A stretch of 32,505 nt of DNA from an uncultured Moraxellaceae bacterium (lineage in GTDB: Bacteria > Pseudomonadota > Gammaproteobacteria > Pseudomonadales > Moraxellaceae). The stretch's first letter is position 1; each line of letters starts with the position of its first letter. The stretch spans positions 1 to 32,505 of the forward strand of contig CALEYY010000167.1 in the NCBI GenBank assembly GCA_937928295.1, written 5' to 3'. This document shows positions 18,460-28,778 of this stretch, one piece after another. The notes under the pieces are model-generated. The model made no database searches and was not told the origin of the DNA. It saw nothing but the letters and a program-made list of their open reading frames with translations. The position numbers and the translations under genes were made by a program.

Positions 18460-20723
18460 ACAAGTGCTCCGCTCTGTATCAGCGCATCCATTTCATGCAG
18501 GATGCGCTGATGCAAGCCGGCATCAACGCTGCCCGCCGGTAGCGCCAATGCCGCCTCCAGTGCCGCTCTGAGTGCCGGCACGCCGGTATAACGGCAAGCC
18601 CCCAGCAAACGATGTATCGCGCGATGCCATGCTTGCGCGTCCTGTGCTGTGCCGGCATTGGCCAGCTGCTCGCGAGCCAGCGGGATGTCGTCGATCAAAG
18701 TGCTGATGAGCTGCTCGGCGAGGCTGCGACGGCCGCCGGCCAGCCGTTCGGCTTCGGGCCAGTCAATCACAAGGATCGGTTGGCCTATGTAGCGCGTCCA
18801 TTGCAGCAGGATGTGATTCAGCTGACTTTCATCCAGCGGCTTGCTGAGATAGTCGTCGATACCGTTGCGCAGCCAGTATTCGCGCTCGGAGCTGAGTGCA
18901 TGGGCGGTGAGCGCGATGATGGGCACGCGCTGGCCGCCACGCTCTTGCGCCCGAATTGCCTGGGCAGCCTCCAGCCCGTTCATGATGGGCATCTGGATGT
19001 CCATGAAAATCAGGTCGAAGACGCTGGCTGCTGCAGCCGTGATGGCCGCCTCGCCGTTGTTTGCCGTGCAAGTGTGTATGCCCAGTTCCTGCAGCCAGGC
19101 CTGCATGAGCTGCAGGTTTGCCGGATGATCATCCACGACCAGCACCCGCAGCGGCTCTGTGTTTGCGGTGATGTGCTGTGCGGACGACAGTGCCGCTGAC
19201 AGGTGCGGTGCCGTCTGCAAATGGCTTCGATAAAACGGATCGCGCGCCGCCCACCAAGTCACCGTAAAGGTCGATCCCTGTCCGACACGACTTTCCGCGT
19301 GGAGCTGGCCGCCCAGCAGTTGCACGAGTTGGCGTGTGATGGTCAGGCCCAGGCCGGTGCCGCCGAAGTGTCTGGAGGTGGATGTGTCGGCCTGCTCGAA
19401 GGCCTCGAACAGGCTTTGCAGACGCTCGGAGTCAATGCCCACGCCGGTGTCGCTGACCTTGAGCTGGCATTGCACGCGAGCGGCATCTGCATCGACGGCG
19501 CTGAGGCTGACATTGATCTCGCCGCGAGCCGTGAACTTGATGGCATTGCTCAGCAAGTTGGTGAAAATTTGACGCAGGCGCAGCGGGTCGCCGAGCAAGG
19601 ACTCGCTGAGATCATCTGCGCAGTGTACTTGTAGCTGCACGGGCTTATCGCCCAGCAACGGTGCCAGCATGGCAGCCGCATCGGTGAGCAGACCGTTCAG
19701 CTGCACAGGGGTCTCATCCAGAATCAGTCGCCCGGCTTCGATTTTCGACAGATCCAGCAGGTCGTTGAGGATGGCCAGCAAATGCTCACCGGAGCGTGAC
19801 AGGGCGCCGACATGCTGCTGCTGAGTTGCCGACAGCGGCGTGCGCTCCAGCAAGCGGGCAAAGCCCAGCAAGCTGGTCAGCGGCGTGCGAATTTCATGGC
19901 TGATGTTGGCCAGAAACTCCGATTTCAGCTGGTTGCTGGCTTGCGCGGATCGGCGGGCAGCATGCAGCTCGATGTTCTGGCGCTCGATGGCATCCAGCGT
20001 TTCCCGCAGTTCGGCCTCGGCGTGCTCACTCTCTTGAGTGAGCATGTCAAGCTGCTGCTTCTGCTTGAAGTAATAGCGCGTGAGCGAGGTCACCAGCTCT
20101 GGCCAGATGCGCTTGGCGGCATCATGCGACTCGCTGGAGATGACCTCCGGCTGATTGATCATGTCGGCAAAGGCATTGAGCGGCAGCAGCGTGCGCTGAA
20201 GCAGCCAATAGAGCAGGCCGGTGAGTACGACAAGCAGGCTTAGGCTGAGTACCAGGTACAGGCTCAAGCGCTCGTAAAAGGCCAGTCGCAGCAGTTGCTG
20301 TGTTGAGGTCAGCACCAGCCAGCGGCCATCCGGCAGCGATATCAGGTCTTGATGGTCGTCCTCTAGGGCCAGCGTGTACTGGCCGGGCTTGAAGCGCTGT
20401 AGGCGAGCAGGGCTGGGTAGCGGAATCTGGCTTTGGCCGGCGTCGGCAAGCAGGTGGCCATTGCCACTGAGCAGGCTCAGTCGGCGCAAGTCATCGCCGC
20501 GCAAGATTTTTTGTAGCCAGGCACTTTGCTCGCCGGCGCTGAGCTTGGTCAGGCTCAGGGCTTCAGCGGTGTTGCGCAGTATCAGTTCGCGGCGCTGCTC
20601 ATGGCTGGCCAGCATGTCATCGCGGTAGTGATTGCTGATGAGCAAGGTCAGGCTTAGCAGCAGTAGCGCGACCGGCAGCGTGAAGGCAAACAGCAGGCGG
20701 TGATGCAGGGTCCACGGATACAT
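18456..20723 (-). CDS. Hybrid sensor histidine kinase, GacS/BarA-like (TM-TM-HisKA-HATPase-REC-Hpt)
   Basis: [35 protein letters not shown], receiver [10 protein letters not shown] and C-terminal [12 protein letters not shown] Hpt. It is divergent from cysM-rlmD-relA, as gacS/barA often is. Confidence 0.88.
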   Translation of the reverse strand: MYPWTLHHRLLFAFTLPVALLLLSLTLLISNHYRDDMLASHEQRRELILRNTAEALSLTKLSAGEQSAWLQKILRGDDLRRLSLLSGNGHLLADAGQSQIPLPSPARLQRFKPGQYTLALEDDHQDLISLPDGRWLVLTSTQQLLRLAFYERLSLYLVLSLSLLVVLTGLLYWLLQRTLLPLNAFADMINQPEVISSESHDAAKRIWPELVTSLTRYYFKQKQQLDMLTQESEHAEAELRETLDAIERQNIELHAARRSAQASNQLKSEFLANISHEIRTPLTSLLGFARLLERTPLSATQQQHVGALSRSGEHLLAILNDLLDLSKIEAGRLILDETPVQLNGLLTDAAAMLAPLLGDKPVQLQVHCADDLSESLLGDPLRLRQIFTNLLSNAIKFTARGEINVSLSAVDADAARVQCQLKVSDTGVGIDSERLQSLFEAFEQADTSTSRHFGGTGLGLTITRQLVQLLGGQLHAESRVGQGSTFTVTWWAARDPFYRSHLQTAPHLSAALSSAQHITANTEPLRVLVVDDHPANLQLMQAWLQELGIHTCTANNGEAAITAAAASVFDLIFMDIQMPIMNGLEAAQAIRAQERGGQRVPIIALTAHALSSEREYWLRNGIDDYLSKPLDESQLNHILLQWTRYIGQPILVIDWPEAERLAGGRRSLAEQLISTLIDDIPLAREQLANAGTAQDAQAWHRAIHRLLGACRYTGVPALRAALEAALALPAGSVDAGLHQRILHEMDALIQSGALV

Positions 20724-20803
20724 CCGGTGTCTCCAGTGCGGTGTCGAGATCAGGCGGGGCCAAATGCGCATCTAGCCTAGCATGCGAGCCTAGGAACGCA
20801 CAT

Positions 20804-20832
20804 TTGGTCAGCGGGCGCTTTGTCTTTACAAT
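20804..20832 (+). promoter_or_regulatory. Putative sigma70 promoter of cysM
   Basis: TTGGTC-17 bp-TACAAT upstream of ATG 20862. Confidence 0.4.
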
Positions 20833-20861
20833 CCGGCATCATCTTCTGGAGCCTGCGCGCG

Positions 20862-21782
20862 ATGAGCGATTTTTCCGGTTCGACCCCTCGCTATCCCACC
20901 ATTGCCGATACGGTCGGCAACACGCCGCTAGTGCGCTTGCAGCGCCTGCCCGGCAACACCAGCAATATCCTGCTGGTGAAGCTGGAGGGCAACAATCCGG
21001 CGGGCTCGGTGAAGGATAGACCGGCGCTGTCGATGATTGCGCAGGCAGAACTGCGCGGCGACATCAAGCCCGGCGATACGCTGATCGAGGCGACATCGGG
21101 CAATACCGGCATTGCGCTGGCGATGGCGGCGGCGATCAAGGGCTACAAGATGAAGCTCATCATGCCGGCGAACCAGAGCCAGGAGCGTAAAGATGCGATG
21201 GCGGCCTATGGTGCCGAGCTGATTTCAGTGAGCAAGGAAGAGGGCATGGAAGGCGCACGAGACCTGGCCATGCGGATGCAGAGCGAAGGTCTGGGCGTGG
21301 TGCTGAACCAGTTCGGCAACCTCGACAATCCGCTGGCGCATTATGTGGGCACCGGCCCGGAAATCTGGCAGCAGACGCAGGGCACGATCACGCATTTCAT
21401 CAGCTCCATGGGCACCACCGGCACCATCATGGGCACTTCGCGCTACCTCAAGGAGCAGAATCCGGCGGTGCAGATCGTCGGGCTGCAGCCCTGTGAGGGC
21501 GCGGCGATTCCCGGCATCCGGCGCTGGCCAGAGGCGTATCTGCCGACCATCTTTGATCGTGCTCGCGTGGATTGGGTAATGGACATCGCCCAGCCCGAAG
21601 CGGAGGCGACCATGCGTCGTTTGGCGCGCGAAGAGGGCATTTTCTGCGGGGTGTCGTCGGGCGGGTCGGTGTGGGCGGCGCTGGAGTTGTCGAAGCAGCT
21701 GGAGAACGCTGTCATCGTGGCCATCGTTTGTGATCGTGGCGACCGCTACCTGTCTACCGGCGTCTATGCGGAGCCGGCATGA
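20862..21782 (+). CDS. cysM: Cysteine synthase B
   Basis: KLEGNNPAGSVKDR (PLP lysine), EATSGNTG, SSMGTTGT, IPGIRRW (CysM-type) and CDRGDRYLS. Confidence 0.95.
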   Translation: MSDFSGSTPRYPTIADTVGNTPLVRLQRLPGNTSNILLVKLEGNNPAGSVKDRPALSMIAQAELRGDIKPGDTLIEATSGNTGIALAMAAAIKGYKMKLIMPANQSQERKDAMAAYGAELISVSKEEGMEGARDLAMRMQSEGLGVVLNQFGNLDNPLAHYVGTGPEIWQQTQGTITHFISSMGTTGTIMGTSRYLKEQNPAVQIVGLQPCEGAAIPGIRRWPEAYLPTIFDRARVDWVMDIAQPEAEATMRRLAREEGIFCGVSSGGSVWAALELSKQLENAVIVAIVCDRGDRYLSTGVYAEPA

Positions 21783-22606
21783 ATACGCTGGTGTTCGACA
21801 TCGAGACGGTGCCCGATATTGCCGGCGGCCGTCGCCTCTATGGCTTGGACGGGCTGGATGACGCCGCTGCCGGTGAGGCGCTGTTCAAGCTGCGCCGACA
21901 GGAAACCGGTGGCTCCGACTTTATCCGGCATTCGCTGCAGCGTGTGGTCTGCATCTCGGCGGTGTTGCGTTCGCGCGATGGCGTAAAAGTCTGGTCGCTG
22001 GGCGACGAGTCGGAAAGCGAGGCGCAGATCATCAAACGATTCTTCGATGGCCTGGAAAAGACCCAGCCGACGCTGGTGTCGTGGAACGGCAGCGGCTTTG
22101 ACCTGCCGGTGCTGCATTATCGCGCGCTGATCAACGGCATTCAGGCGCCGAGCTACTGGGATCAGGGCGAGCATAACCGCGAGGCCAAGTTCAACAACTA
22201 CCTGGGCCGCTTCCACTCGCGGCATACCGATTTGATGGACCTGCTGGCGGGCTATCAGGCCCGTGCCGTGCAGCCGCTGGATCAGGTCGCGACCCTGCTC
22301 GGCTTTCCGGGCAAAGCTGGCATGGACGGCAGCCAGGTCTGGCCGGCGTTTCTGGCCGGCGAGCTGAGCAAGATCCGCCAGTATTGCGAGACCGATGTGC
22401 TCAACACCTGGCTGGTCTGGCTGCGCTTCCAGTTCATGCGCGGCCAGCTCGACAAAGCCGGTCTCGATCTCGAACTGGGGCTGGTGCGCGAGCTGCTGAA
22501 GGCCTCCGCGATGCCGCATCTGCAAGCTTTTCTGGCGGACTGGGATGCGGCGCAAGCGGCGTTGCCCAGCCACGACCTGCCGCTGAATCATCCAATCGCT
22601 TCCTGA
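21779..22606 (+). CDS. PolB-like stand-alone 3'-5' exonuclease (DEDDy)
   Basis: ExoI VFDIET, ExoII WNGSGFDLP and ExoIII YCETD. ATGA overlap with cysM. Confidence 0.88.
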   Translation: MNTLVFDIETVPDIAGGRRLYGLDGLDDAAAGEALFKLRRQETGGSDFIRHSLQRVVCISAVLRSRDGVKVWSLGDESESEAQIIKRFFDGLEKTQPTLVSWNGSGFDLPVLHYRALINGIQAPSYWDQGEHNREAKFNNYLGRFHSRHTDLMDLLAGYQARAVQPLDQVATLLGFPGKAGMDGSQVWPAFLAGELSKIRQYCETDVLNTWLVWLRFQFMRGQLDKAGLDLELGLVRELLKASAMPHLQAFLADWDAAQAALPSHDLPLNHPIAS

Positions 22607-22653
22607 TTTGACGGGCGCTGTGCCCGTTACCTTTATTCCTACCAGAGTCTGTT

Positions 22654-24033
22654 ATGGCCCGAACCAACAAGCGTGAAAAACTGCGAGCCATGCCGCCCGT
22701 TGAACTGACTATTGACCGTCTCAGCCATGAAGGGCGCGGTATTGCGCATCGTGACGATGGCAAGATCGTCTTTGTCGATGGCGCTTTGCCCGGCGAGCAG
22801 GTCACCGCGCAGGTCACCTTCACGCACAAGAAATACGATGAAGCTTCGGTGCTCAGCGTGCAGTCGCCATCAGCCCAGCGGGTGACGCCGCCGTGCGCGC
22901 ACTTCGGCGTCTGTGGTGGTTGCTCGCTGCAGCACATGGACCCGGCCGCGCAGATTGCCTTCAAGCAAACCGTGCTGGTCGATCACCTGCAGCATTTCGG
23001 CGGCATTAAGCCGCAGACCTGGCTGCCGCCGCTGACCTCGCCAGATCACTCCTACCGCCGCAAGGCGCGCCTCGGCGTGCGCTTCGTCATCAAGAAAGAC
23101 AAGCTGCTGGTCGGCTTCCGCGAGCGCCAGGCCAGCTATCTGGCCGATCTCGATGCCTGTTTTGTCATGGACCCGCGCCTGGGCCAGAGCATCACGCCGC
23201 TGAAGCAGCTCATTGCCGGCCTGGCCGCGCGTGATCATATTGCCCAGGTGGAAGTGGCAGCGGGCGACGAACTCGAAGGTCAGCCTTCGGTAGCGCTGAT
23301 TTTCCGCAATCTCGTGGAGCTGGTGCCGGCGGATAGGCAGGCGCTCACCGACTTCTGCGCCGAGCGCAACTGGCAGTGCTATCTGCAGCCGGGCAACTAC
23401 GACACCGTGCAGCGCATCTGGCCGGTCGAGGGCACGGATCGCCTGCATTACCAGCTGCTCGACTTCATCGCGCCCACCGGCAACGGCCTGACCATGGCCT
23501 TCCACCCCAACGATTTCACGCAGGTCAACGCCGGCATCAACCAGCGCATGGTGAAGTTGGCACTGGACTTGCTCGACCCGCAACCAACAGACCGCGTGCT
23601 GGACCTGTTCTGCGGCCTCGGCAACTTCACGCTGCCGCTGGCCACAAGGGCTCGCGAAGTAGTCGGCGTGGAGGGTGTGGACGCCATGGTGCAGCGCGGC
23701 TACGAGAATGCGCGTGCCAACGGATTGGGCAATGTATCGTTCTATGCACAGGACTTGACGAAAGATTTTTCCGAGCAGCCGTGGGCTAGCTTGGGGTTCG
23801 ACAAGATTTTGATCGATCCGCCGCGCAGTGGCGCGCTGGAAGTGATTCCGCACCTGATTCGCTTCGGCGCCCAGCGTGTCGTGTATGTGTCATGCAACCC
23901 GGCTACCTTGGCGCGCGATGCCGGCGAGATGGACAAGGCCGGCTATGATCTGGTGCAGGCGGGTGTGATGGACATGTTCACGCACACCACGCATGTGGAG
24001 TCGATTGCTGTATTTGAAAAGCGCGCTAATTGA
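22654..24033 (+). CDS. rlmD: 23S rRNA (uracil-1939-C5)-methyltransferase
   Basis: TRAM domain, CAHFGVCGGC Fe-S motif, FTQVN, LDLFCGLGNF, DPPRSG, YVSCNPATLARD and DMFTHTTHVE. Confidence 0.95.
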   Translation: MARTNKREKLRAMPPVELTIDRLSHEGRGIAHRDDGKIVFVDGALPGEQVTAQVTFTHKKYDEASVLSVQSPSAQRVTPPCAHFGVCGGCSLQHMDPAAQIAFKQTVLVDHLQHFGGIKPQTWLPPLTSPDHSYRRKARLGVRFVIKKDKLLVGFRERQASYLADLDACFVMDPRLGQSITPLKQLIAGLAARDHIAQVEVAAGDELEGQPSVALIFRNLVELVPADRQALTDFCAERNWQCYLQPGNYDTVQRIWPVEGTDRLHYQLLDFIAPTGNGLTMAFHPNDFTQVNAGINQRMVKLALDLLDPQPTDRVLDLFCGLGNFTLPLATRAREVVGVEGVDAMVQRGYENARANGLGNVSFYAQDLTKDFSEQPWASLGFDKILIDPPRSGALEVIPHLIRFGAQRVVYVSCNPATLARDAGEMDKAGYDLVQAGVMDMFTHTTHVESIAVFEKRAN

Positions 24034-24091
24034 AAAGTGTGCGTAAGCGCCCCATTAAAGGGCAAGGCGAGTAACGGGTGAAGCGAGCAAG

Positions 24092-26368
24092 ATGGTAAAG
24101 GTCCGCGCAGATTATCCCACCCGAGATGACGGCAGCGTCGATCTCGCGGTGTGGCTGTCCCGCATTGAAGATCAGGTCGAGCTGCACGAGCCCGACGAGC
24201 TTCTGCGCGCCTGCCAGTTTGCCGAGCAGCTCGATCGCGAACACCTCGCCAAACACAATGTGTGGATGACGCGTACATCGAGCTTCCTCACCGGTCTGGC
24301 CATGGCCGACATCCTCGCCGAGCTCAATCTCGATCAGGACTCGCTGATGGCGGCGGTGCTCTATCGTGCCGTGCGTGAGGGCAAGGTCACGCTCAAGCGC
24401 ATCGAGAAAGATTTCGGCGAAGACATCTCCACGCTGATCGATGGTGTGCTGCGTATGGCGGCCATCAGCCGGCTGATCAACCCGGATCACCGTACCGTCG
24501 GCACCGAAGAGCAGCAGCTCGACAACATCCGCAAGATGCTGGTGGCGATGATCGACGATGTGCGCGTGCCGCTGATCAAGCTCGCCGAACGAACCTTCGC
24601 CATCCGTGAGCTGAAAGAGGCCAGCGACGAGCGCAAACGCCGCGTGGCGCGGGAAATTTTCGACATCTATGCGCCGCTGGCGCATCGCCTCGGCATCGGC
24701 CACATCAAGTGGGAGCTTGAGGATCTGTCGTTCCGTTATCTGGAGCCGGACGCCTACAAGCAGATCGCCAGCCTGCTCGACGAGAAGCGCCTCGATCGCG
24801 ACGGCTACATCCAGCAGATCATCAAGACCCTGCACGACAATCTCGAACGCATGGGCATGGGCGTGATCGAGGTCAGCGGACGGGCCAAGCACATCTATTC
24901 GATCTGGCGAAAGATGCAGCGCAAGGGCATCGGTTTCCACGAGGTCTACGATGTGCGCGCCGTGCGTGTGCTGCTGCCGGAAATTCGCGACTGCTATGCC
25001 GCGCTGGGCGTGGTGCATTCGCTGTGGAAGCATATTCCACGCGAGTTCGACGACTACATCGCGACGCCGAAAGAGAACGGCTATCGCTCGCTGCACACGG
25101 CCGTGATCGGGCCATCCGGCAAGCCTATCGAGGTGCAGATCCGCACGCACGACATGCATCAGGAAGCCGAGCTGGGCGTGTGCGCGCACTGGACTTACAA
25201 AGAAGGCAAGTCGTCCAAGGCTGACGCCCGCTACGAAAACAAGATCGCCTGGCTGCGGCAAGTGCTGGAATGGCAGGACGACATCGGCGATCAGCGCCTC
25301 GACGATATGGCCGTGCATTTCAACGAGGCCATCCACGACGAGCGCATTTATGTGTTTACGCGCGACGGCCATGTGATTGATCTGCAGGCTGGCGCCACGC
25401 CGCTGGATTTCGCCTACCACATCCACACCGAGGTGGGGCACGGCTGCCGGGGCGCGAAAATCAACGGCCGCATCGTGCCGATGACCTACAAGCTGCAGAC
25501 CGGCGAGCAGGTCGACATCATGACCCAGCGTGGCGGCACGCCGAGTCGCGACTGGATGAACCCGTCGCTGGGCTATCTTGGCACCGGGCGTGCGCTGGCC
25601 AAGGTCAGGCACTGGTTCAAACAGCAGGATCGCGAGGGCAATTTGGCCGAAGGCCGGGCGCTGCTGGAGCGCGAGCTCAGTCGTCTTGGCATGTCGGTGT
25701 CCCGGGTCGAGCTGGAACGCATCGCGCCGCGCTTCAATGTGCGCACGGGCGATGATGTGCTGGTCGGGCTCGGCGGCGGCGACCTGCCGCTGGCGCGCAT
25801 CACTCACGCCCTGACCGATGGCCTCGATCAGACCGCGCAGCAGGAGCTGGCGCTGCCCGAGATCCCGGTGCGGCCGACGCGCAAGACCGACTCCAGCTCG
25901 GCCATCATCATCGAAGGCGTGGGCAATCTGCTCACGCAAATCGCCGGCTGCTGCAAGCCGGTGCCGGGTGAGCCCATCGTCGGCTTCGTCACCCACACGC
26001 GCGGCGTCAGCATTCACGCCCGTGCCTGCCCGGAATACCTGCGGCTGGCGCAAGACGAGCCGGCGCGCACGGTGGATGTGCAGTGGCAGGCGCGCGAGAC
26101 CGGTGCTTATCCGGTCGATATTCTGGTGCGCGCCTGGGACCGCACCGGCCTGCTGCGCGACATCACCGCCGTGCTCGCCAACGAGCAGGTCAATGTCACC
26201 GGCGTGCAGACGCAGTCCGACAAGCAGGATGGCACCGCGACCATGCGCCTGACGCTGGAAGTGCCGGGGCTGTCGAAGCTGTCGCGCGTGCTCACGCGCA
26301 TTGAGCAGCTGCCTAATATCATGGAGGCGCGACGCTTGACCGAGCATCGCGCCGGGGGGCAGGCATGA
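24092..26368 (+). CDS. relA: GTP pyrophosphokinase ((p)ppGpp synthetase I)
   Basis: Degenerate HD domain, APLAHRLG, GRAKHIYSIWRKM, EFDDY, EVQIRT, TGS (TPLDFAY), CCKPVPG and a C-terminal ACT domain. Confidence 0.96.
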   Translation: MVKVRADYPTRDDGSVDLAVWLSRIEDQVELHEPDELLRACQFAEQLDREHLAKHNVWMTRTSSFLTGLAMADILAELNLDQDSLMAAVLYRAVREGKVTLKRIEKDFGEDISTLIDGVLRMAAISRLINPDHRTVGTEEQQLDNIRKMLVAMIDDVRVPLIKLAERTFAIRELKEASDERKRRVAREIFDIYAPLAHRLGIGHIKWELEDLSFRYLEPDAYKQIASLLDEKRLDRDGYIQQIIKTLHDNLERMGMGVIEVSGRAKHIYSIWRKMQRKGIGFHEVYDVRAVRVLLPEIRDCYAALGVVHSLWKHIPREFDDYIATPKENGYRSLHTAVIGPSGKPIEVQIRTHDMHQEAELGVCAHWTYKEGKSSKADARYENKIAWLRQVLEWQDDIGDQRLDDMAVHFNEAIHDERIYVFTRDGHVIDLQAGATPLDFAYHIHTEVGHGCRGAKINGRIVPMTYKLQTGEQVDIMTQRGGTPSRDWMNPSLGYLGTGRALAKVRHWFKQQDREGNLAEGRALLERELSRLGMSVSRVELERIAPRFNVRTGDDVLVGLGGGDLPLARITHALTDGLDQTAQQELALPEIPVRPTRKTDSSSAIIIEGVGNLLTQIAGCCKPVPGEPIVGFVTHTRGVSIHARACPEYLRLAQDEPARTVDVQWQARETGAYPVDILVRAWDRTGLLRDITAVLANEQVNVTGVQTQSDKQDGTATMRLTLEVPGLSKLSRVLTRIEQLPNIMEARRLTEHRAGGQA

Positions 26369-27222
26369 CCGTGGTCAAGCTGCCCGCGCTGGCCGCCACG
26401 CCGGCCTTGCAGCGTCTGATCCAAATCATGGCGCGCCTGCGTGACCCCGAGCAGGGTTGCAACTGGGATCTGGCGCAGACGCCGGCCTCGCTGGCGCCGT
26501 ACACCATTGAAGAAGCCTACGAGGTCATCGACGCCATTGCCCGTGGCGACTCGGCCGATTGGCGCGAAGAGCTGGGCGACTTGCTCTTGCAGGTGGTATT
26601 CCAGGCGCAGCTGGCGCAAGAGCAGGGACTGTTCGACTTCGACGCGGTGGCGCTGTCCATAGCCGACAAGCTGGAGCGCCGGCATCCCCATATTTTTCGC
26701 GATGGCCGGCTCGACTTGCCTCGATTGGATCTGACGGCAGACGAAGTGAGCGCGCAATGGGGCGTGATCAAGGCGCAGGAAAAAGCCCTGAAGGCCGCTG
26801 CCCACGGCGGCGAGCTGCCACCGGCGGCCTTTCTCGACAAGATCGGTGCTGGCCTGCCGCCGCTGCTGCGTGCCGAAAAGCTGCAGGCGAGGGCGGGCGA
26901 GGTTGGCTACGACTGGAACGATCCGCGTGCTGTCATCGCCAAATTGCGTGAAGAGATTGACGAGCTGGAGGCGGCGCTCGATGAGCAGCTGCCGCAAGCC
27001 GCCTTGCAAGACGAGCTGGGCGATATCCTGTTTTGCTGCGTCAACATCGGCCGCCATTTGCAGGTGGACAGCGAGCAGGCCCTGCTCGGTGGCATCGCCA
27101 AGTTCCGCCGCCGGTTCGGCCATATTGAGCAGCAGCTGAGCGCGAAAGGCGTGGCACTTATCGATGCCAGCCTCGACGACATGGAAGCGCTCTGGCAGGA
27201 CGCCAAGAAGGCCGGCCTGTGA
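26365..27222 (+). CDS. mazG: Nucleoside triphosphate pyrophosphohydrolase
   Basis: LRDP..GC.WD, IEEAYEV, EELGDLL, KL.RRHPH and a second domain with DELGD, KFRRRF and LW..AK. ATGA overlap with relA. Confidence 0.93.
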   Translation: MTVVKLPALAATPALQRLIQIMARLRDPEQGCNWDLAQTPASLAPYTIEEAYEVIDAIARGDSADWREELGDLLLQVVFQAQLAQEQGLFDFDAVALSIADKLERRHPHIFRDGRLDLPRLDLTADEVSAQWGVIKAQEKALKAAAHGGELPPAAFLDKIGAGLPPLLRAEKLQARAGEVGYDWNDPRAVIAKLREEIDELEAALDEQLPQAALQDELGDILFCCVNIGRHLQVDSEQALLGGIAKFRRRFGHIEQQLSAKGVALIDASLDDMEALWQDAKKAGL

Positions 27223-28208
27223 CCACGCTCATTGATCCGTTTCAGCGCGAGATTCGCTATTTGCGCATTTCGGTGACGGATCGCTGCGACTTCCGCTGTG
27301 TCTATTGCATGGCCGAAGACATGAAGTTTTTGCCGCGCAGCGAAGTGCTGTCGCTGGAGGAAATCGAGCGGCTGGCGCGCGTGTTTGTCGGGCTCGGCGT
27401 GCGCAAGATCCGGCTTACCGGTGGCGAGCCGCTGGTGCGACGCGGGCTCACGGATCTGGTGCGCCAGGTCGCGCAGATTCCGGGGCTGGACTCGCTGGCC
27501 ATGACCAGCAACGGAGCTCGCCTTGCCGCGCAGGCCGTAGCCTTGCGCGAGGCCGGCCTGCAGCAAATCAACATCAGTCTGGATAGTCTTGACCCTGATC
27601 GCTTCCATGCCATGACCCGTACCGGCGAGTTGGCCGATGTGCTGGCCGGCATCGACGCCGCCATCGCTGCCGGCTTTCCGCGCATCCGCCTGAATGCCGT
27701 CATTTTGCAGGGCCGCAACGATCAGGATGTGCTGGCGCTGGTCGCGTTTGCGCTGGCCAAGGGCATCGACCTCGCGTTTATCGAGGAGATGCCGCTGGGC
27801 GTTATCGACGACCATGATCGCGCCCAAACAATGCTGACCAGCGCCGCCTTGCGCGCCATGATCGAACAGCACCATGCTTTACTGCCCGAGGGCGCGGATC
27901 ATCGCAGCGGGCCGGCGAGCTATTATCGTGTGGTCGGCAGCCAGACCCGGCTCGGCTTCATCTCGCCGCACAGCCATAATTTCTGTGGCGACTGCAATCG
28001 GGTGCGCCTCACGGCCGAAGGGCGATTGCTGCTTTGCCTAGGCCACGAGCACAGCCTCGATCTGCGCGCACCGCTGCGTGCCGGTGCCAGTGACGCCGAG
28101 CTGGCGGGTATGATCCGGCTGGCCTTGTTGCGCAAGCCCGAGCGCCACGAATTTGATCTTGCCGGCGAACCGCAGATTGTGCGATTCATGAACATGACGG
28201 GTGGCTGA
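27219..28208 (+). CDS. moaA: GTP 3',8-cyclase
   Basis: YLRISVTDRCDFRCVYC radical-SAM motif, RLTGGEP, FCGDCNRVR..LCL and C-terminal GG. GTGA overlap with mazG. Confidence 0.95.
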   Translation: MTTLIDPFQREIRYLRISVTDRCDFRCVYCMAEDMKFLPRSEVLSLEEIERLARVFVGLGVRKIRLTGGEPLVRRGLTDLVRQVAQIPGLDSLAMTSNGARLAAQAVALREAGLQQINISLDSLDPDRFHAMTRTGELADVLAGIDAAIAAGFPRIRLNAVILQGRNDQDVLALVAFALAKGIDLAFIEEMPLGVIDDHDRAQTMLTSAALRAMIEQHHALLPEGADHRSGPASYYRVVGSQTRLGFISPHSHNFCGDCNRVRLTAEGRLLLCLGHEHSLDLRAPLRAGASDAELAGMIRLALLRKPERHEFDLAGEPQIVRFMNMTGG

Positions 28209-28238
28209 AGCCGCTTTCAAACTGATAGGAGATCCGTA

Positions 28239-28775
28239 ATGAGCGCTGAAAAATCCTTTGTGTCGCTGCAAGTCGCCGTGCTCACCGTATCCGATACGCG
28301 CAACCTGGATACTGACACCTCCGGCCAGTATCTCGCCGAGCAGCTGCAGCAGGCCGGGCATGTTGTTGCCGCCCGCGTCATCGTTAAAGATGACATTTAC
28401 CAGATTCGCGCACAGGTCTCGGCATGGATTGCCAGCGACGATGTGCAGGCCGTCATCCTCACCGGCGGCACCGGTTTTTCGGGGCGCGACAGCACACCCG
28501 AGGCCATCCTGCCGCTGCTAGACAAGAGCATCGACGGCTTTGGCGAATTGTTCCGCCATATTTCGTACTTGGAAATCGGCACCAGCATGCTGCAGTCGCG
28601 CGCCTTGGCCGGTCTTGCCAATCGCACGGCCATCTTTTGTGTGCCCGGCTCCACTGGTGCCTGCCGTACCGCCTGGGAAGGCATCCTGAACAGCCAGCTC
28701 GACAATCGCCATCGCCCCTGCAATCTCGTGCCGCACCTGAAAACAGCGGTCGCGGCCTGCGATACGCGAGGCTGA
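28239..28775 (+). CDS. moaB: Molybdenum cofactor biosynthesis protein B
   Basis: Motifs VLTVSDTR, DTSG, TGGTG..RDSTPEA, GFGELFR, QSRA and PGSTGAC. AGGAG RBS. Confidence 0.92.
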   Translation: MSAEKSFVSLQVAVLTVSDTRNLDTDTSGQYLAEQLQQAGHVVAARVIVKDDIYQIRAQVSAWIASDDVQAVILTGGTGFSGRDSTPEAILPLLDKSIDGFGELFRHISYLEIGTSMLQSRALAGLANRTAIFCVPGSTGACRTAWEGILNSQLDNRHRPCNLVPHLKTAVAACDTRG

Positions 28776-28778
28776 GTC

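Noticed and set aside
24026-26347. 773-aa minus-strand ORF
   Set aside because: Codon-aligned antisense shadow of relA, expected with high GC3 bias. It has no domain signature.
26360-26370. mazEF toxin-antitoxin between relA and mazG
   Set aside because: relA and mazG overlap, so there is no space for it.
16280-27222. dGTPase + exonuclease + MazG as a nucleotide-depletion defence island
   Set aside because: The genes are not contiguous and sit among core genes (cysM, rlmD, relA) with host-like composition and no mobility markers.
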